A stretch of 64,000 nucleotides of DNA from the human T2T-CHM13v2.0 reference genome, Homo sapiens: the NCBI RefSeq assembly GCF_009914755.1, contig NC_060929.1, one strand, 5' to 3'. The position numbers and the translations under genes are program-made. The notes under the pieces were generated by a model, which was given only the letters and a program-made list of their open reading frames with translations, made no database searches and was not told where the DNA came from. How positions within the stretch are numbered: position 1 is the first letter of the stretch; each line of letters starts with the position of its first letter. Of this stretch, positions 1-16,479 are shown piece by piece.

Positions 1-149
1 CCATGGCTGACTACTTTATCCATTGTTTGCAGGTACTAATTGCTAGGTGGATCAGTGGGATTCTGAATGCATCCTACTGTCCTTAGTGATTATTAAAGAT
101 CCCTGAGACTTTAAATATTAAGTGAGGCATGAGGATCACTTTGGTTTTA

Positions 150-500
150 ATTAACAGAAATTTCTGACTCAAAATGATTTAAACATTAGGAGACATCAGG
201 AACCATTTCATCTCACTGAACCAGAATTTCATAGGCATGGCAGCTCTTGCTGTGGCATCTCAGGGTCGTAATTTGTTTTCTGGCAATTCTATCTACTTTG
301 ACCTTCACTACATGTTGACATCATGGTTGTAGTTCTAGGTATTGAAGCATACAGGGCATCATCTCAGGGAAGAAAGAAAAATTTTCCCCACCTTTTTTGG
401 CCAGGATTGGATGGCATGTCACATCTAAGCCAATTACAAGCAAGGGGAAAAGATCATCGTGGCTGACCATTTGGAGTAGGGTGTATTTTTGGGAGTCAAC
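150..500. mobile_element. Old MaLR LTR fragment (MLT1J/K-like)
   Basis: Degenerate MLT1-like motifs (aacagaaa..gactcaaaatgatttaaac; catgtcacatctaagccaattac..gggaaaagatcatcgtggctgacc). Confidence 0.35.
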
Positions 501-1345
501 CACCGAGACCACTGCAATAAGGCAGATTGGAAGGAAGGATGGAGCCACCTGACACTATGTAACCTCCATTCAAACTCTGCAGAGTGGACTCTTTGTAAGG
601 CTGCTTGGTTGATGGAGATAGCAGCACATCTGCCATTTTGTACTTCTTGTTACAAGGCGGATCATGACCATTTTATAGTTCCTGTTCTGTGGCCACTATA
701 ATTGGCTTGAGATTCCTATGTAGCTTTTCTCTCTTTTTCTTTCTTTTCGTTATTTTGAAGAGACTGAGTCTACAGTTGCAATGGAAGACATTGAGATGAA
801 AGAAAATCTCTACTCATTTTGATTCGCAGAAAGCTACAGGTTGTATCTTATAATGACTATTGCAGAAAACAATGAGCCTCCAGATCTTGGTTTTAAAAAA
901 ATGGTGCCTCTGATGAATCTCTTTCCTGGGCAATTTGTTGACTTTGTTTTAGCTGCCACCCTTGTATCAGCCTGTAGTTAATTCAGACTAGAATACAAAT
1001 ACCAGTGTTAAAAGGACAAATAACTAATTAGGGGGCATCCCAATCTGTTCCTTGATTAAGGAAATAATTCTCATCTGATAAGACAAGAAATAATCAGCAA
1101 GATGTTATGTATGTTTTGAGGCAATGAAAAGTGTTCTTCCTGATGAAAGTTTGTTGAATTAAGACAAACCCGTTTATTTTGTGTCTTCATCTACAAATCC
1201 ATGACATCAGCTGCTTAGGTGCTTATAATCAGAGCCACACCAGAAAGAAGAAACATTTCTATCGTTCCGTTTCCTGAAGGAAATATGTGAGAACTCATAG
1301 CTGCCACTATTAATTGGGATAATCTTCTGGTAAATTCCTGGTCTG

Positions 1346-1729
<384 letters not shown>

Positions 1730-2286
1730 TCAGCCTCTGCCTTTCTCTTTTACTGACTTCTGGCCCTTTTCCTGCAAATGAATGAACATTTGATGTTGCA
1801 GCAGGAACAACTCATTATGCTCATGAAAAAGCACAAAAACTGTCTAGGAAAATATCTACTGATCATTTAACCATGAACCATGACTAACAGTTATCTAAAT
1901 GGAATTAAGGGTAATGACTCCAAGAGGTTCATAGGAAAAAAGTGCCATTTCCTAGCAGTAACAATTGAGTAGTTTTTTCCTCCTTCTTTTATGGAAACTT
2001 TTACCCCTTAAGCTCCAAATGCCTAGTAAGAGTTGTTTTATATTCCATGGAGTATGTCCTTCTAAAAAGCTTGATAATACCGTCCTCAGAAACATGATAT
2101 AGAGAAATCAGAATAATAAAACTTGAGGTTGACCAAATTAGTAAAAAGAGATTTTTATTTTTTTAATTAAAAAAATTTTCGACAATAAACATGTCACTTA
2201 ATTATTATTTCCATGATAACAAATCATTTCATAAAAACTTAATCCTACTTGAGCACATCTGGGAGCTGCCAAGTCCCCACCTATAG

Positions 2287-2733
<447 letters not shown>

Positions 2734-3293
2734 TGAGATGATTTTTAAATACTCCTAACTCAAGTCATTAATGGCATTAACTTTTCCCCCGTCTGTTGGG
2801 AACAGCAGTTGCTTCATATGCATTTGTAAAAATATTTTCTAACTGTTCAAGTTCAGAGCATGTTTCTTGCCTTTTAATTTTGTTTTTAATATAGTTAGGG
2901 AAGGCAGAGATCTCTGATAGACACTATTCTTCCACTGTGCTTTGGAATTAAAAAAGATGAGAGTGGTAGATACTTCTTTCACTGAAGTCACCTTTTGAGC
3001 TTTATATTTAGAGTCAAAGGAAAATTAATTCCTCACAGAGTACATTTTGCCTTGAAGGTACAAGGAAGTGAAGTACTGGGCATAATATCCTGAAACAGGT
3101 GCCTGGATCCTCCGCTTCTGCTCAGCACCTCTGTGGATAAATGGATATGTGTCTGAAAAACTCATTCCTGTGCTTGCAGACCCAGGGCACCCAGAGCTAT
3201 AGAGAGCATTTTCTTCATTTTCTGTGGAAAACTAACCTAACATATCCAATCAAATGTACTTTTTATCTTTATTTCTGGGTTATCTAATTGTAG

Positions 3294-3628
<335 letters not shown>

Positions 3629-5769
3629 TAAATGATGGCTCAGCAGGTTAGAAACTATGACATCATCTTGGTTCAAAAATAACCTTCTGAGTTCATTATT
3701 TTGTTTCTGTTTGACAAGTAGAATTTGAGAAAAAGGTCATTTAATTTTTTTTTAATTTTATGTCTTACTTCTATTAAGAACCAAATAGAAATAGAAATAA
3801 ACAGTAGTTAAGATGAGCTGAAAGCCTAAAGTCTACTTGACAGTACAAATCAAAACCCCAATATTCAGAGTTCTAGCTTCCCAATTTTGCGGTCTCAAGA
3901 GAATTGCCTGCTCGATTGGTATTCATATAGGCAGGTGCTAAAGGATTACCTGACTTCAAATCCCCAACCTGACATCTCCTTACATCTGTCACATTAAATA
4001 TAGTTCTGTTTCTTCACCTTACTCACTGATGTGGCATTTATCAAATCCTCACACAAAGGCGTAGGTTGGAAAGAATGACAAGATCACATTATTTAATAGA
4101 CTCCTAAAATCTATTAAAAATAATGAAGTTTAACTTTAGATTTTTTTTTTTCATTTAGGGCTCAAATGAGTGTTCGGCAACATATGCATATCAATTGGGG
4201 GGTTTGTAATTCAGCAAAGGGGTATTACCTGTAGTGATCTGTACTTTAAAATATTGGTGTATGGGGGAATTGTGTCGATGCTGAATTTTTCATAGAAATG
4301 ACAAGACCCCCTATTTTGTTAACCATAAAAAATGTAACTGAAGAGAAATATTATAGCCTTAAAAACACATGTAGTAAGTAAATGCTGTGGCTGTATAACC
4401 AATCATGTAAAGTTGCATTTAGAATTATATAGTATCATGCATTGTTCAAAATTGTCATCTTCCCCAGTTCTGCCTAGTTTTACTATAACATTGCATCAAA
4501 TGAATAAACAGATATGTCCAGATTACAGAATGAAGAAGGGTTTTCTTGAAGCAAATTTCTTAGGTATCTGATTACCCAAGCTGCCACTCCTGGGAGCTTT
4601 CCTCTGACGTTATACAAAGCATATCTATTATTTACACAGAATTGTTTATCTTTTCATCTCTCACAAGGAAGTTGTTTCTTCCAAAAGTCAAAACTCCTAC
4701 TGGACATAAGTGATGGCCGGCTTTAAGGTGCACAGCCCTGCAGGCGATGCTGCATTTCCAAAGCAAGGCTTTCTGCCCAACTCAAAACCTGGTATTTTTT
4801 TCTGGGCTGTTTTCAGCTGTTTTTCCTTTTGTTGTTTATTATTAGAGAAATAGATGACATAAGTCATTGGATTTATTTTAAACAAGCATAGCAATATATG
4901 CACCCATCCTCAAAGTAGGCATTGTACTTGTTCAAATAATGGAACATTTTTGGAATTCTCCTCAGAGGGCTTATTGCCCACTCAAGGGTATGATGGCTCA
5001 TCATTTCCTATTGAAGGTTCTGGTTTCTGGTTGTCTCACCCCCTCCCATGTCACTCACCTGGGCTTCATCCAGCCTTGCCCCACTTTCTTGGCACTTGAG
5101 TTGACTGTTGTTGAGTCTGTGAGCAAGCTGATCCTTTCTGTGAACTCTGGAATCTACAACCACAAAAAAAGCTTCCTGGGAACTAAGTCAATCTTTTCCT
5201 ACAACTCAGCCTAAACCAAACATCCAAGAGAACGATTTTTCTCCTCCGTTAATCAGAACATCTTCTGACCTCCGTTTTCCTGAATATCTTAGATGTCTTA
5301 AATGTCACAGGGTTCTTCCCTGCATCCCCACCTCCCATGCTTTACCCACCCAAGGAGGTGATGTAGTCTTGTACTTCAATTTGCATCTCTTCATGTCTAC
5401 TCCAGGAAAAATATTAGAGTCCCCAGATGTCAATAGTTATTACTTAGTTAACAGCCACACTGAGAGTACTCATTATTTTTATCTGACTGCTTTTCTGCTG
5501 CATATAATGCTTTTGCATTGACATCCTTCAAATACTGTATGGTGGGTACCATTAACATAGAAGCAACCTTAAATGATAACACTAATATTTGGAAGCCTTG
5601 GAATTACCTTTCTTTCCCTACCTCCCAAGTCCTGTTCCTTTGTATATAAAATTAATGAGATCTTTTAAAAACTGAAAGTGTATGCAGGGCTTTTACTTGC
5701 TCAAAAGAAACTTACAGTTATTCTATACTTTTTAAAGATGGTCCTGGAGTGTTATTTCCATGAAGTCAA

Positions 5770-5850
5770 CAGTTGTTGTGTCTGTTTGTGCTCACCATTG
5801 TGGATCTCATGCTTAGAGCAGTGTTTGGTACCTAGTAAGCTCTCAAGGAC
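5770..5850 (+). mobile_element. L2 3' end fragment
   Basis: gtgctcaccattg..gcttagagcagtgtttggtacctagtaagctctcaa resembles the L2 terminus. Confidence 0.5.
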
Positions 5851-8227
5851 TGTGTAGTCTGCCCTTGGGCTGCTCTGAGAAGTTTAAAGCTACTATTGAC
5901 AGTGCCTGTTTGTGAACAAGAATATGAGAGAGTGGGCATTCCATATCTTGTCCTCAATAATGGGGAACTTATAATCATGTTGGGCATAGCTTGCTCGGAG
6001 TGATTAAGGTTGGAAGCTGTCTAATGTATTTGTACAGGGAGAATTCCATTTCTATCACATGTTGATTGGATACAGATTTTTAATTTTGCCCAGAACACTT
6101 TAAAATACCTCTGATTGGAAGTCATATCCTGTCCACACATTTGGGAAAACAGAAGTAAAAATTTCCCTCTTGTTTAACGACTATCTGACCAATTGGATTA
6201 AGAGTTGTGCTGATTTTTTACTCCATTTAAGCATTCTGTTTGTTGCTATGCACATTCAGTGATGTGTGGAAACCAAATAACCAAAAGTCATGGGATTAAA
6301 CAGCACAGTTGCCTAGCTGGGGCTCTAGAAGAAGGGACAGAGTCTTAGTTTCTTGAAACGCAACTTACCTGCAGAGAACGAATGAAGAATGATGGCTTTT
6401 CAACATGTCTAGGCAACATTCCAGCATATGTGACAAAGCATTGGCATATGTCATCCAGTGGAGGGCACCAGTACTTAGTTTGGTTTTACAGCCCATGCCT
6501 GTGTCAAGGTCGAGTTTAAAACAAGACCAAAAAAATTACCTTAAGGGAGTCACCAGAGTATCAAAGAACATTTGCACTCTCAAGGGGCTTAGTGACCATC
6601 CAGCCAGATGTCCATTTTATGGACAAAGACAGTAAGTGCTGAGAGGTCCTTGAGCTGGTCAGCACCAAATAATTAGTTAGGAACAGAGCCAGAACTCTCA
6701 GTCAGGAGCATTTCCTCACCATACTACTACCTGTTCCTTTCTTGCTTCTCCTCTGAACATGATTGACCCAGACCCTAACTAGGAAGGACTGGTTTCTGCA
6801 GTGGGATCTACACAGGCTACATTGGAACAGCCAGGGTGAGGCAACATTCTTCCTGTTGAGGGATTTTGCTCTGGAAGCCTTGCCCTTTGAAATACCACAA
6901 TGAGCCTTTGTGGCATTCCTCAGGGAAATGGCCAAGACACTCATTTCCATTTCTGGGCCATTGTGGTGCCTCGGGTGGCACTGAGATAGTTGGGAGAAGA
7001 TTTGGGCTTAAGATTTTAATTAGTTTTGCTCAAGACTTGATGAAGTGTCAATGGGCCAGGAACAAACAGCACCTTTTGTTTATTGTACTATTTAGATTTC
7101 ATTAGGGCATTTGGAAATGGAGTGGAAACAACGGAATGAAAAATAAAACAACAAAAGGTCACTATGAATGCTCAAAGTCTTTGGAACATTTGAATAAAGT
7201 CATTGGAAGTAATTTTCTGTAAAGTCCTCTAGTCTTCCAAAGCTCCCAATTCAAATCTCAGGCAAAATCAACACCTTCCATAGTCCTACATCTACATATT
7301 TTTGAAGAAATAACTGTTCTCCCTACATGTCTATTGTTATTCTTATACAACAGTAAGCGTACATTTTTGGTACGTTAAAAATAAACTTTTTATTAAAATA
7401 TAACAAAAATAGAGAAAAGCGTGTAATAAATTTTCACAAGGTGAACACAAATGATAAATGTCATCCAGGCCAAGATATAGAACATTGCTGTCCAGGCAGA
7501 AGCCTTCCCCAAGACCCCTTCCATTTACTCCCCACAGTCCTACCCCCCTGCTCACAAAGGTACCAATATCCTGCCTTCAGTCACCAATTTAGTTTTGTAA
7601 GTTTCTGAATTTTATATAAATGAAATCATATAGTAGGTACTATTTGGTGTTCAGTTTCTTTCATTCAACATTTTGTCTGTGAGATTCATTTATGCTGTTA
7701 CATGTAGCAGCCTTGTTTATTTTCATTTTTATACAGCATTTTAGTACATGGATAAAACACAATTTATCCATTTACTTTTGATGGCCTTTTGAGTCGTTTG
7801 TAGTTTTTGGTTACTATGAAGAGTGCTTCTATGAGTGTCTGGGTACACGCATTTTGGTACGTATATGCACTCATTTGCTTTGGGCATATACTTAGGAGTA
7901 GAATTGCCAGTCATAGGGGAAGCACAGGTTCAGCTTTAGTGGATACAGCCAAGCTGTTTTCAATTGGTTGTGCTAATTTACATTACCAACAGCAGTCTAT
8001 GGAAAATCCATTTGCTAGATAGCCTCACTTGAAGTTGGTGTTCTGGTGAGGCTATAATGGCATTTTATTGTGGTTTTAATTTGCATTTTCCTGATGACTA
8101 ATGTTGTTGAACATCTTTTCGTATGTTTAGCGGCTAAACATTGGGATTTTTTTTGTGTGAAGAGCTTGTTCAAGTTCTATGCCTGTTTTTCTATTGGATG
8201 GCCTGTCTTGTTTTTATTAACTTTTAG

Positions 8228-8707
<480 letters not shown>

Positions 8708-9721
8708 TAATGGTGTCTTTTTGATGAACTGAAATTCTTACTTTTAATGCAGTAGAATTTATCCATCATTTAATTTATGGTTATTGCTCTTGTGTCTTCT
8801 TAAACTTCTTTTTTTTTTGCCTGCCATAAGGTCATGAAGATAAGTCTCCTTTTCCCCCCTAGAATCTTTGTTGTAGTTATGCCTACTTTTACAGCTACAA
8901 TTCCTGTAGTTTATTATGCATGATGTGAAACAGAGATTTAAGAGTTTTCTTTTCATATAGATTCTAATTACGCATGTGCATTTTATTGAAAAGGCAATTT
9001 CCCCCCTCATTGGACTGATGTGTCATCTTTGTCAAAAATCAAGTGACAGTTTCTGCACTCTCTTTTCTATTCCATAGGCCTATTGGTGTATCAGGAACTT
9101 ATACTATGACCCTCTTAATTGCTGTAGCTTTATAATGTATCTTGGTATCTGCTCATGTAAATCCTAAAGTTTTTTCTTCTAGATTTTCTCAGTCCTGCTG
9201 GAATATAGATTTGTTTGGGAATAACTTACTTAGACCTTTATAATATTGAGTTTTTCAATTCATGATCATTGCATAGCTTTCCACTGAATAGATTTTAAAG
9301 ATTTCTCTCAATAAGCTTTCCGCTAAATTAGATTTTAAAGATTTTTCTCAATATGTATAACTTTCAGTGTAAAGTTCTTGTGAATCTTTGTCAGGTTTAT
9401 TACTGGCTATTTTCTTGCTTTATTATGTAGGCTACAACCTCCAGTTGTTTGAATAAAAGTGATCATAGAGGCATATTTTCTATCTCAGGAGAAGATCTTT
9501 TCGTCCTTCACCATTAAGTATGATCTTTGCTATATGGTTTTTCTATGTACTCTATATTAGGACAAAGGAAGTTTTCCTCTACTCTAATTTTGCTAAAAGT
9601 TTAAATTTTTGTTAACATGAGTAACTGCAGCATTTTATCAAGCGCATTTGTGCATTTGTTAATATGATCATATGACATCTCTTTTTCCTTATGTGATGAA
9701 TTACATTACTATTATTATTAT

Positions 9722-9925
9722 TTTTGGCTTATAAACAACAGAAACTTATTTCCCACAGTTCTGGAGTCTGAGAAGTTCAAGATCAAGGTGCTGGCAGATT
9801 TGGTGTCTGGTGAGGGCTTTGCCTCCTGGTTTGTAGATGTGGTTTTTGTAGATGCCTGTCTTTTCCCTGTGTCTTCACATGGTTGCAGGGGGATGGGCCC
9901 TGTCTAGGGCCTCTTTCATAAGAGT
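9722..9925. mobile_element. MLT1 (MaLR LTR) fragment
   Basis: ggcttataaacaacagaaacttatttcccacagttctggag..caagatcaaggtgctggcagatttggtgtctggtgagggc. Confidence 0.8.
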
Positions 9926-10042
9926 ATGTTGACAGATTTTAAAATATTAAACTAATCTTGAATTTCATTTCTGGAATCAAGCCAACTTGGTTGTGATATA
10001 TTGTTATTTTTACATACTGTTGGATTTGATATGTGAATGTTT

Positions 10043-10565
10043 GATGAGACTTAAGCATCTGTCAATAGCCTACAGCCAAAGAAATACATTTGAAGTTGAA
10101 CAAGTGGGTTTATTGCTCATTGCAAAGAATGAGACTGCACACAACAGGAACCACGGGGGTATCTCAGTCAGAGAGAATTAGGAAGGATTTAGTATAGGAT
10201 TTGGTGTTTTCAGGGAGGGTTTAAGGAAGTAGAGCTTTGCTCCAATCATGCTGTCAGGAAACAGGGACAATTCTATAGTTGGGTGTCTTAATAAATCTTA
10301 TCTCTGAGGCTGGAAGAATGCATCGAGGCTAAATATGTGATCAGTAAAGAGGCAATAGTCCCTTATAGTAGCCAGGATGAGAGGATGTCCGGGCATTTTT
10401 ATGGTTTGAACAATGGTCTTGATTTTGTCTGTGTTAAGACATGATTATGAATGGTCTTAGTTTGTCTTGATCCTTCATGGTTACGGAGTACCCTTACCTG
10501 CTGTTGGTGTTCTATGAAATGGTTTATGTTGAACAGGAGGACACCAAGACCTACCTGTGGGAGCC
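10043..10565 (-). mobile_element. ERV1-class LTR (MER67-like)
   Basis: LTR-like sequence with reverse AATAAA (gggtttatt); family assignment from memory only. Confidence 0.45.
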
Positions 10566-10567
10566 AG

Positions 10568-10888
10568 GCCATGGACCCACCGGTACTGGTCCGAGGCCTG
10601 TTAGGAATGGGGCCACAGAGCAGGAGGTAAATGGAAGGCGAGTGAGCATTACTGCCTGAGCTCGGCCTCCTGTCAGATCAGCAGTGGCATTAAATTCTCA
10701 TAGGAGCCTAAACTGCTATTGTGAACTGGGTATGTGAGGGATCTAGGTTGGGAGCTCCTTATCAGAATCTAATGCCTGATGATCTGACATGGAACAGTTT
10801 TATCCTGAAACCATCTCACACACATGTCAGTGGAAAAATTGTATTCCATAGAACCAGTCCCTGGTGCCAAAAAGGTTGGGCACCACTG
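10568..10888 (+). mobile_element. MER1B (hAT-Charlie MITE), left end missing
   Basis: ccggtactggtccgaggcctgttaggaa..cctcctgtcagatcagcagtggcatt..ccctggtgccaaaaaggttgggcaccactg. Confidence 0.85.
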
Positions 10889-10931
10889 CTTTCAGTGGGA
10901 GAAAATCCTCCTGGTGAAGTTGTTTTAGCCT

Positions 10932-11300
10932 TGACAAAGACTCTCTCCTTGATTGGACTCTAGTTAAGCTCCTCTGAATCCTGAAAATCTTGGTGTGCTT
11001 TTTCTGTAGAATCCCTTTTGACTAGGGCTTGACCTTGGTCCCTGTTCTTGTTTGGTCTGCATAGTCCAGTCACAGCAAGAATCATGCTAATTCTGTTCAG
11101 AGAGAATCCCCCACGCTTGATATCTGATCCCCCTTAATATCAGATTAAATTGCTCAGCTCCTACCCTCAATATCTAATCATCCTGGCCTGCCTTCAACCA
11201 GAATCCTGCCACGTTCGTGTAGCAAGAACCCCTGCCCTCCACCCCTGATGTCTCCCTAAGGAATTCTCCATATGCTGACCTTTCATAGTGCTCACTTCTG
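10932..11300 (+). mobile_element. MER31-like LTR (ERV1)
   Basis: Starts tgacaaagactctctccttga; related to the copy at 49488. Confidence 0.7.
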
Positions 11301-12048
11301 TTCTTCTTATGTCTTTTTTTTGCCTCTTTTGGACTAATTATTTTTAAGATTATTATTTCATTTTCCCCTCTATTAAATATTTTTTTAAAAATAAAGATAT
11401 CCCTCTGTTATTCTTTTGTAAGTTATCCTAGAGATTAAAACAATCACTTTTGATTTATTCCAGTTTAATATAAATGAGTTCTTTACATTTCTCAAAGGAC
11501 TTTAACTCCATGTATCTCCTTCTTTTTTGTTATTTTTTGTCATGCTGTTTAATCCTATACATATTTAAATCTCCATATTATTACTGTTTTGTACAATTAA
11601 TATTCATTTAGATTTAAATACATTTACCTTGCTCATTATTTCTATATGTATTCTGTGTTGCAGTCTTCTGTCTGACCCATTGGAGGAAACCATTGCTGCG
11701 TGTTGGATCCATTGTTGGTGTCCTCCTTCTCTTTGGTATCTTGGCCTTTCAAGGACACTTCTGCAGCTTCAGATCCCAATTTGTCCTCCCAGTCCTGTAA
11801 AATTGTTTGAAGCTCTGCTGGCTTCTCTGCCTCTTAGCATCTGCCCCCGCCCCGTTTCTTAGTCCCTAGCCCAGTATCAAGAATTGACCAAGAATTGCCC
11901 CGAAGGTGCAATCAGACCAAGAATTGCCCCACAGGTGAAACTGGAATGTGGAGAGCTGGGCTCACCTCTGGAGGCTTCCTGTCTTTTGTGGATCTGGTGC
12001 CCAAATTGTGTCTGGTTGTCTTGGTGGTTCCTCTATGCCTTTAAACAG

Positions 12049-12352
<304 letters not shown>

Positions 12353-14149
12353 TGATTTTTAAAAATATAATTCATCTGTTCTTTAGGTTTTTCTTTAGTT
12401 TTCTTTAAACTACTCTGTCATAGCCAGAACAAGAAGTCCTGTAATTATATTTTTTGTACATATATTCTCTGGCATGTGAGAAGCCTTTGACTGTTTAAGA
12501 AACAAATTAGCATGTGTTGCTTAAGGAGTCTATGGAGAGAAGTAACAGGGAGATTGCCTTTTCCCAGTTAACCCACTGCCAACTCCAGGCCCTCTTTCTC
12601 CCGAGTACCCTTATAGTATGGAGAGAGCATTTCCCTCATCTCTCACGTCTGCTGTGGCTCCAGAGTTTCACGAATCATGCAGGGTGACTGCCTGAGTGTG
12701 CTGTTTCTGAACCTGCGAGGGCCCTCTAGCCTTAAAATATCTTCATATCCTCCCCACCCCAGCTGGCCACAGATGCCAGCAATCCCTTTGAGAAAGAACA
12801 GTCTCTGCACTATGAGGGGACTCAGGAGAAAGAGGGCCTGGGGTTGGCAATGAGTTCACCGGAACAAGGCAACCTCCACATTACTTCCTTAGCAGAGCTT
12901 TAAACTTTCCAGAACTCTGAGAGCCCAGGGCAACACACAGGCTTTGCTGAATGACAGATAGGAGATTCTTCTGTAAGAGCAGGAATGGGAAGCGGGGAGG
13001 CGCGTTATGACAGAGGAAAAGAGGCAGAAAAGAGAAAAACAGTCTGCCAACATTATGATCATGCCTCAGCAGTGTCCTGGGGGCAGAGGCAGGTGATCTT
13101 TCCATTGTCACAATAACCAGGGGGACCAGGTGGCTTTGACGCCCTGTATCTCCTATGTGGCTCCACAGTCCCACAGTCAATAGGAAACTGAGAACGTGTT
13201 GCCAATGCATTCTCTGATTATCTTTATTCCTCTGCCACTGCCCCTGCAAGCTGCAGGAGTGAACCCCCTTTCATCCTCCTCTGATCTTTGGGGTTTTCTC
13301 TTACTAATCATTTGTCAGGAGCACAGCCCTTTTGACAAATCGACTGTTGCTGAAGCGTGGTGTGCTTTTCGTGTACTGTAAATTCTTCCTTCGTCTGTTG
13401 CGTGTGTATGGTGTTCTATAAATACATTAATTGGTACCACTTTTAATTTAACTGTCAGTGCTGTCTCTTTTCTTGACAAGCGTATATTAAACTCTCTTAT
13501 GATGGAACAAAATAAAACCACCCAGTTACAGGGGCCTATTTTGGCTAAAGTGGAATGTAACAGGAAGAAAAGTTGTAGTTATGGTGGGGAAAGACTCATC
13601 AGTGATAGTTTGTGTAAAAAATTTAGAGTAAAATTTCCTTCTTAGATGTGGGGGGAAAATCCTCCAGGAAACTACTGAAATAAGGAAGGTAAGGTGGAAT
13701 TGTCAGAACAGCTGCAATTTAGGAAATGGGCTGAAACCAATTTCAACTTCATTTTAGCATTCATCAAGTCATACTTATTTTAGATGACTTTGGTTTTGGA
13801 GGAGTTTCAGAAACCATATTCCTTATATGTTCCTTTCTGCCTTGAAAGGCTGCAGCCAATTCACAACAATGGAAACCCAACTGGTACAAATGTTCATTTC
13901 AAATGTCTTTTACACTAGATAGAAATTGGAACAAACTAGTCGTACAATAGAGTATATTTTTACTAACTCCCATCTAGATGGCATTTAAGGATATAGTAGC
14001 AAATAATCTTAAATGTCTGCTACTCTGTGTTCTAAAGTTTATAAAACCAATGTTTTGAGATTTGGCAATTGACTAAAATTTAGGGTATAATGAGGCCCTT
14101 TATTTCTAGATAAATTTAGGTTGATTTCATCCAAGCCCAGTAGACTGGC

Positions 14150-14512
14150 GTATCAGTCAAGATTCTGCCAGAGAAACAGAATCAGTGATTGTGGGGTCTG
14201 GCAAGTCTGACGTCCCTAGAGCAGGCCGTCGGGAAGAGCCATCTGGAGTCTGTCAGGCCAGAGCTGATGCTGCTGTCTACAGGCGGAATTTTCCTTCCTC
14301 TGGGAAACCTCAGTTTTGCTCTGAAGGCCTTCATCAGATTGGATGAGGCTCAACCAGATTATTGAGGATAATCTCCTTTCTTTAACATCAACTGACTGTA
14401 GATGCTAACCACATCCACAAAATACCTTGGCAGCAACACCTAGGCTAGTGTTTGATCAAGTACTGGATACTGTAGCCTTGCCATGTTGACCTATAAGACT
14501 AACCATTACCGC
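14150..14512 (-). mobile_element. MLT2 (ERVL) LTR
   Basis: gccagagaaacagaatcagt..aaggccttcatcagattggatgaggc..gttgacctataagactaaccattac. Confidence 0.8.
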
Positions 14513-15029
14513 TGGTGGTGAAAACTCCTCCTCGGTTTGAACAGAATTATCTGAAAGTGTTGCTCGGTGTATCCACTACAAATGGCATCAGTCCTGAAGG
14601 CCTGGACTGCATGGTCTGGCCTCCAACTCCTAAATGGAGTCCTTCTTGTGGAGTGAGAGAAGCCCAGGTCAGGCTGTCCTTGTTCTCTTCGTTCCTAATA
14701 CTTTGACAGGGGCATGAGCTCAGGGTGCTAGACTCTAGGGCACAACTTTCCTATTTTTCATGAAGGCTGCACAGAATGAATATCTGCATCAATCAACCAC
14801 TTCATTCTTTGTCTCTGCTCTGGAGAATGTCATGTGGGGAATGGCCTTTAAGAATTTGCAGTCTGTGTTCAGTTCTAAAGAATGCTTATTTTAAAAATAT
14901 ATCAAAATGAATACAATTTCTGTAAGTATGGATTCTTTACTTACAAGTATGTTTCCTTATAGAACAAAGAGAATGTGAAAAAAGAATATGGTCATAAAAC
15001 TGTAAAATGTGCATTTGGCCAACCAATAT

Positions 15030-15343
15030 TTAATTTATTTATTATTAATTATTTTAGAGAGGGGGGTCTCACACTGTCACCCAGGCTGGAGTGCAGCGGC
15101 ATGATGATAACTCACTGCAACCTCAAACTCCTGGGCTAAAGTGATCCTCTTGCCTTAGCCTCCCAAGTAGCTAGTACTGCAGGTGTGTGCCACCACTCCC
15201 AGCTAATTTGTTGTTGTTGTTTGGTAGAGATGGGGGTCTTACTATGTTTCCTAGGCTGGTCTTGAACTCTTGGCCTCAAACTATCCTCCCACCCTGGCTT
15301 CCCAAAGTGCCGGAATCACAGGTATGAGCCACCGTGTCTGGCC
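15030..15343 (-). mobile_element. Alu (AluJ-like)
   Basis: J-type diagnostics (catgatgataactcactgcaacctcaaactcctgggct). Confidence 0.9.
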
Positions 15344-16479
15344 CTGATATTTATTTTATAGAAAGTTCCATTTTTTATAGCTGGAACAATTTTAAATATG
15401 ACTCAATGTAACTTCTTTAGTTTGTTTAGTTATTTTATAAGTATACATTAGAATGTACAAAATGAATGCATGAGAATAAGTGTAATACACAGTCAATAAG
15501 GAAGAAAATAGATTTGAATTTAAGCTTAGATACTATTCCTTGGTCACTTTTGACTCAGCAAAAGTGAAATATGAAGGAAAAACATTTTTATTTAATTTGT
15601 TTGTTAAATATAGTTGGTATTAGAGAAATTCTTCTTCTTCTTCCACCAAAAGCCACTTTGAACTTCTCTTCTGGTATGTAAGCTCCATTTTATCAAATGT
15701 AACTTTAAAATACAAGTTCTGTTGTTATGAATACATTCAGCACCCATTAAGATGCTTTGATATTCCCTATGACAGATATTCCTTGTAAAACACTTGGCTT
15801 GTTTTTATGTCTCCAAACTCTATCATTGTACATGAAGAGGAAAGGGAAAAGGAAAGTTGAAATATTTTGATCTTTATTTTCACAATAAAATTATCTTGGG
15901 TTCTAAGAAGCACAAAGCAACTTTGCAATATTACTGCCTGAATAAAAAGCAACATTGTCCACATTTTGTGCAAATGGGAAGTGAGTCCAGGTATTCACAG
16001 TGCATATCCAGTGAGCTGACCAGAGCAGGACCCATAAGGAATTTGCCTGGGAGCAGCGAGGGCGTCATGCTGGCCGACCACAGCAACCTTTAAACCTGTG
16101 GTGGTAAAACTCAGGGTTTGGGATCTGCTGCATGGAAAGGAAAAATTTTAAACTAGCCTCTTTCATCTTGATTGAGGGTGGAAACATAAACGGGAGTGTT
16201 TGTGCTCGAACCTCTTGAAACCAGTTTCTTGGAAAGTAATAGTTAAGTGTTTTCTTAAAACATCATTTGCAATTGAAAATGCAAACCGTAGGGCTCATTA
16301 GTTTGTCCATGGGTGGTCTTCAGAGGCTGGACCAAGGCTGGATGTTTGGGTGTTGTCCTGTGTGAGCTGACTGAGGTATGGGAAGGCCTAGACACATTGT
16401 TTTTGGGGAAACTTAAAAATAAGTAAGTCCCATGATTTGTCTGCTTTCACCTCCGTTCAACCCTAGAACATTTGGCTCT

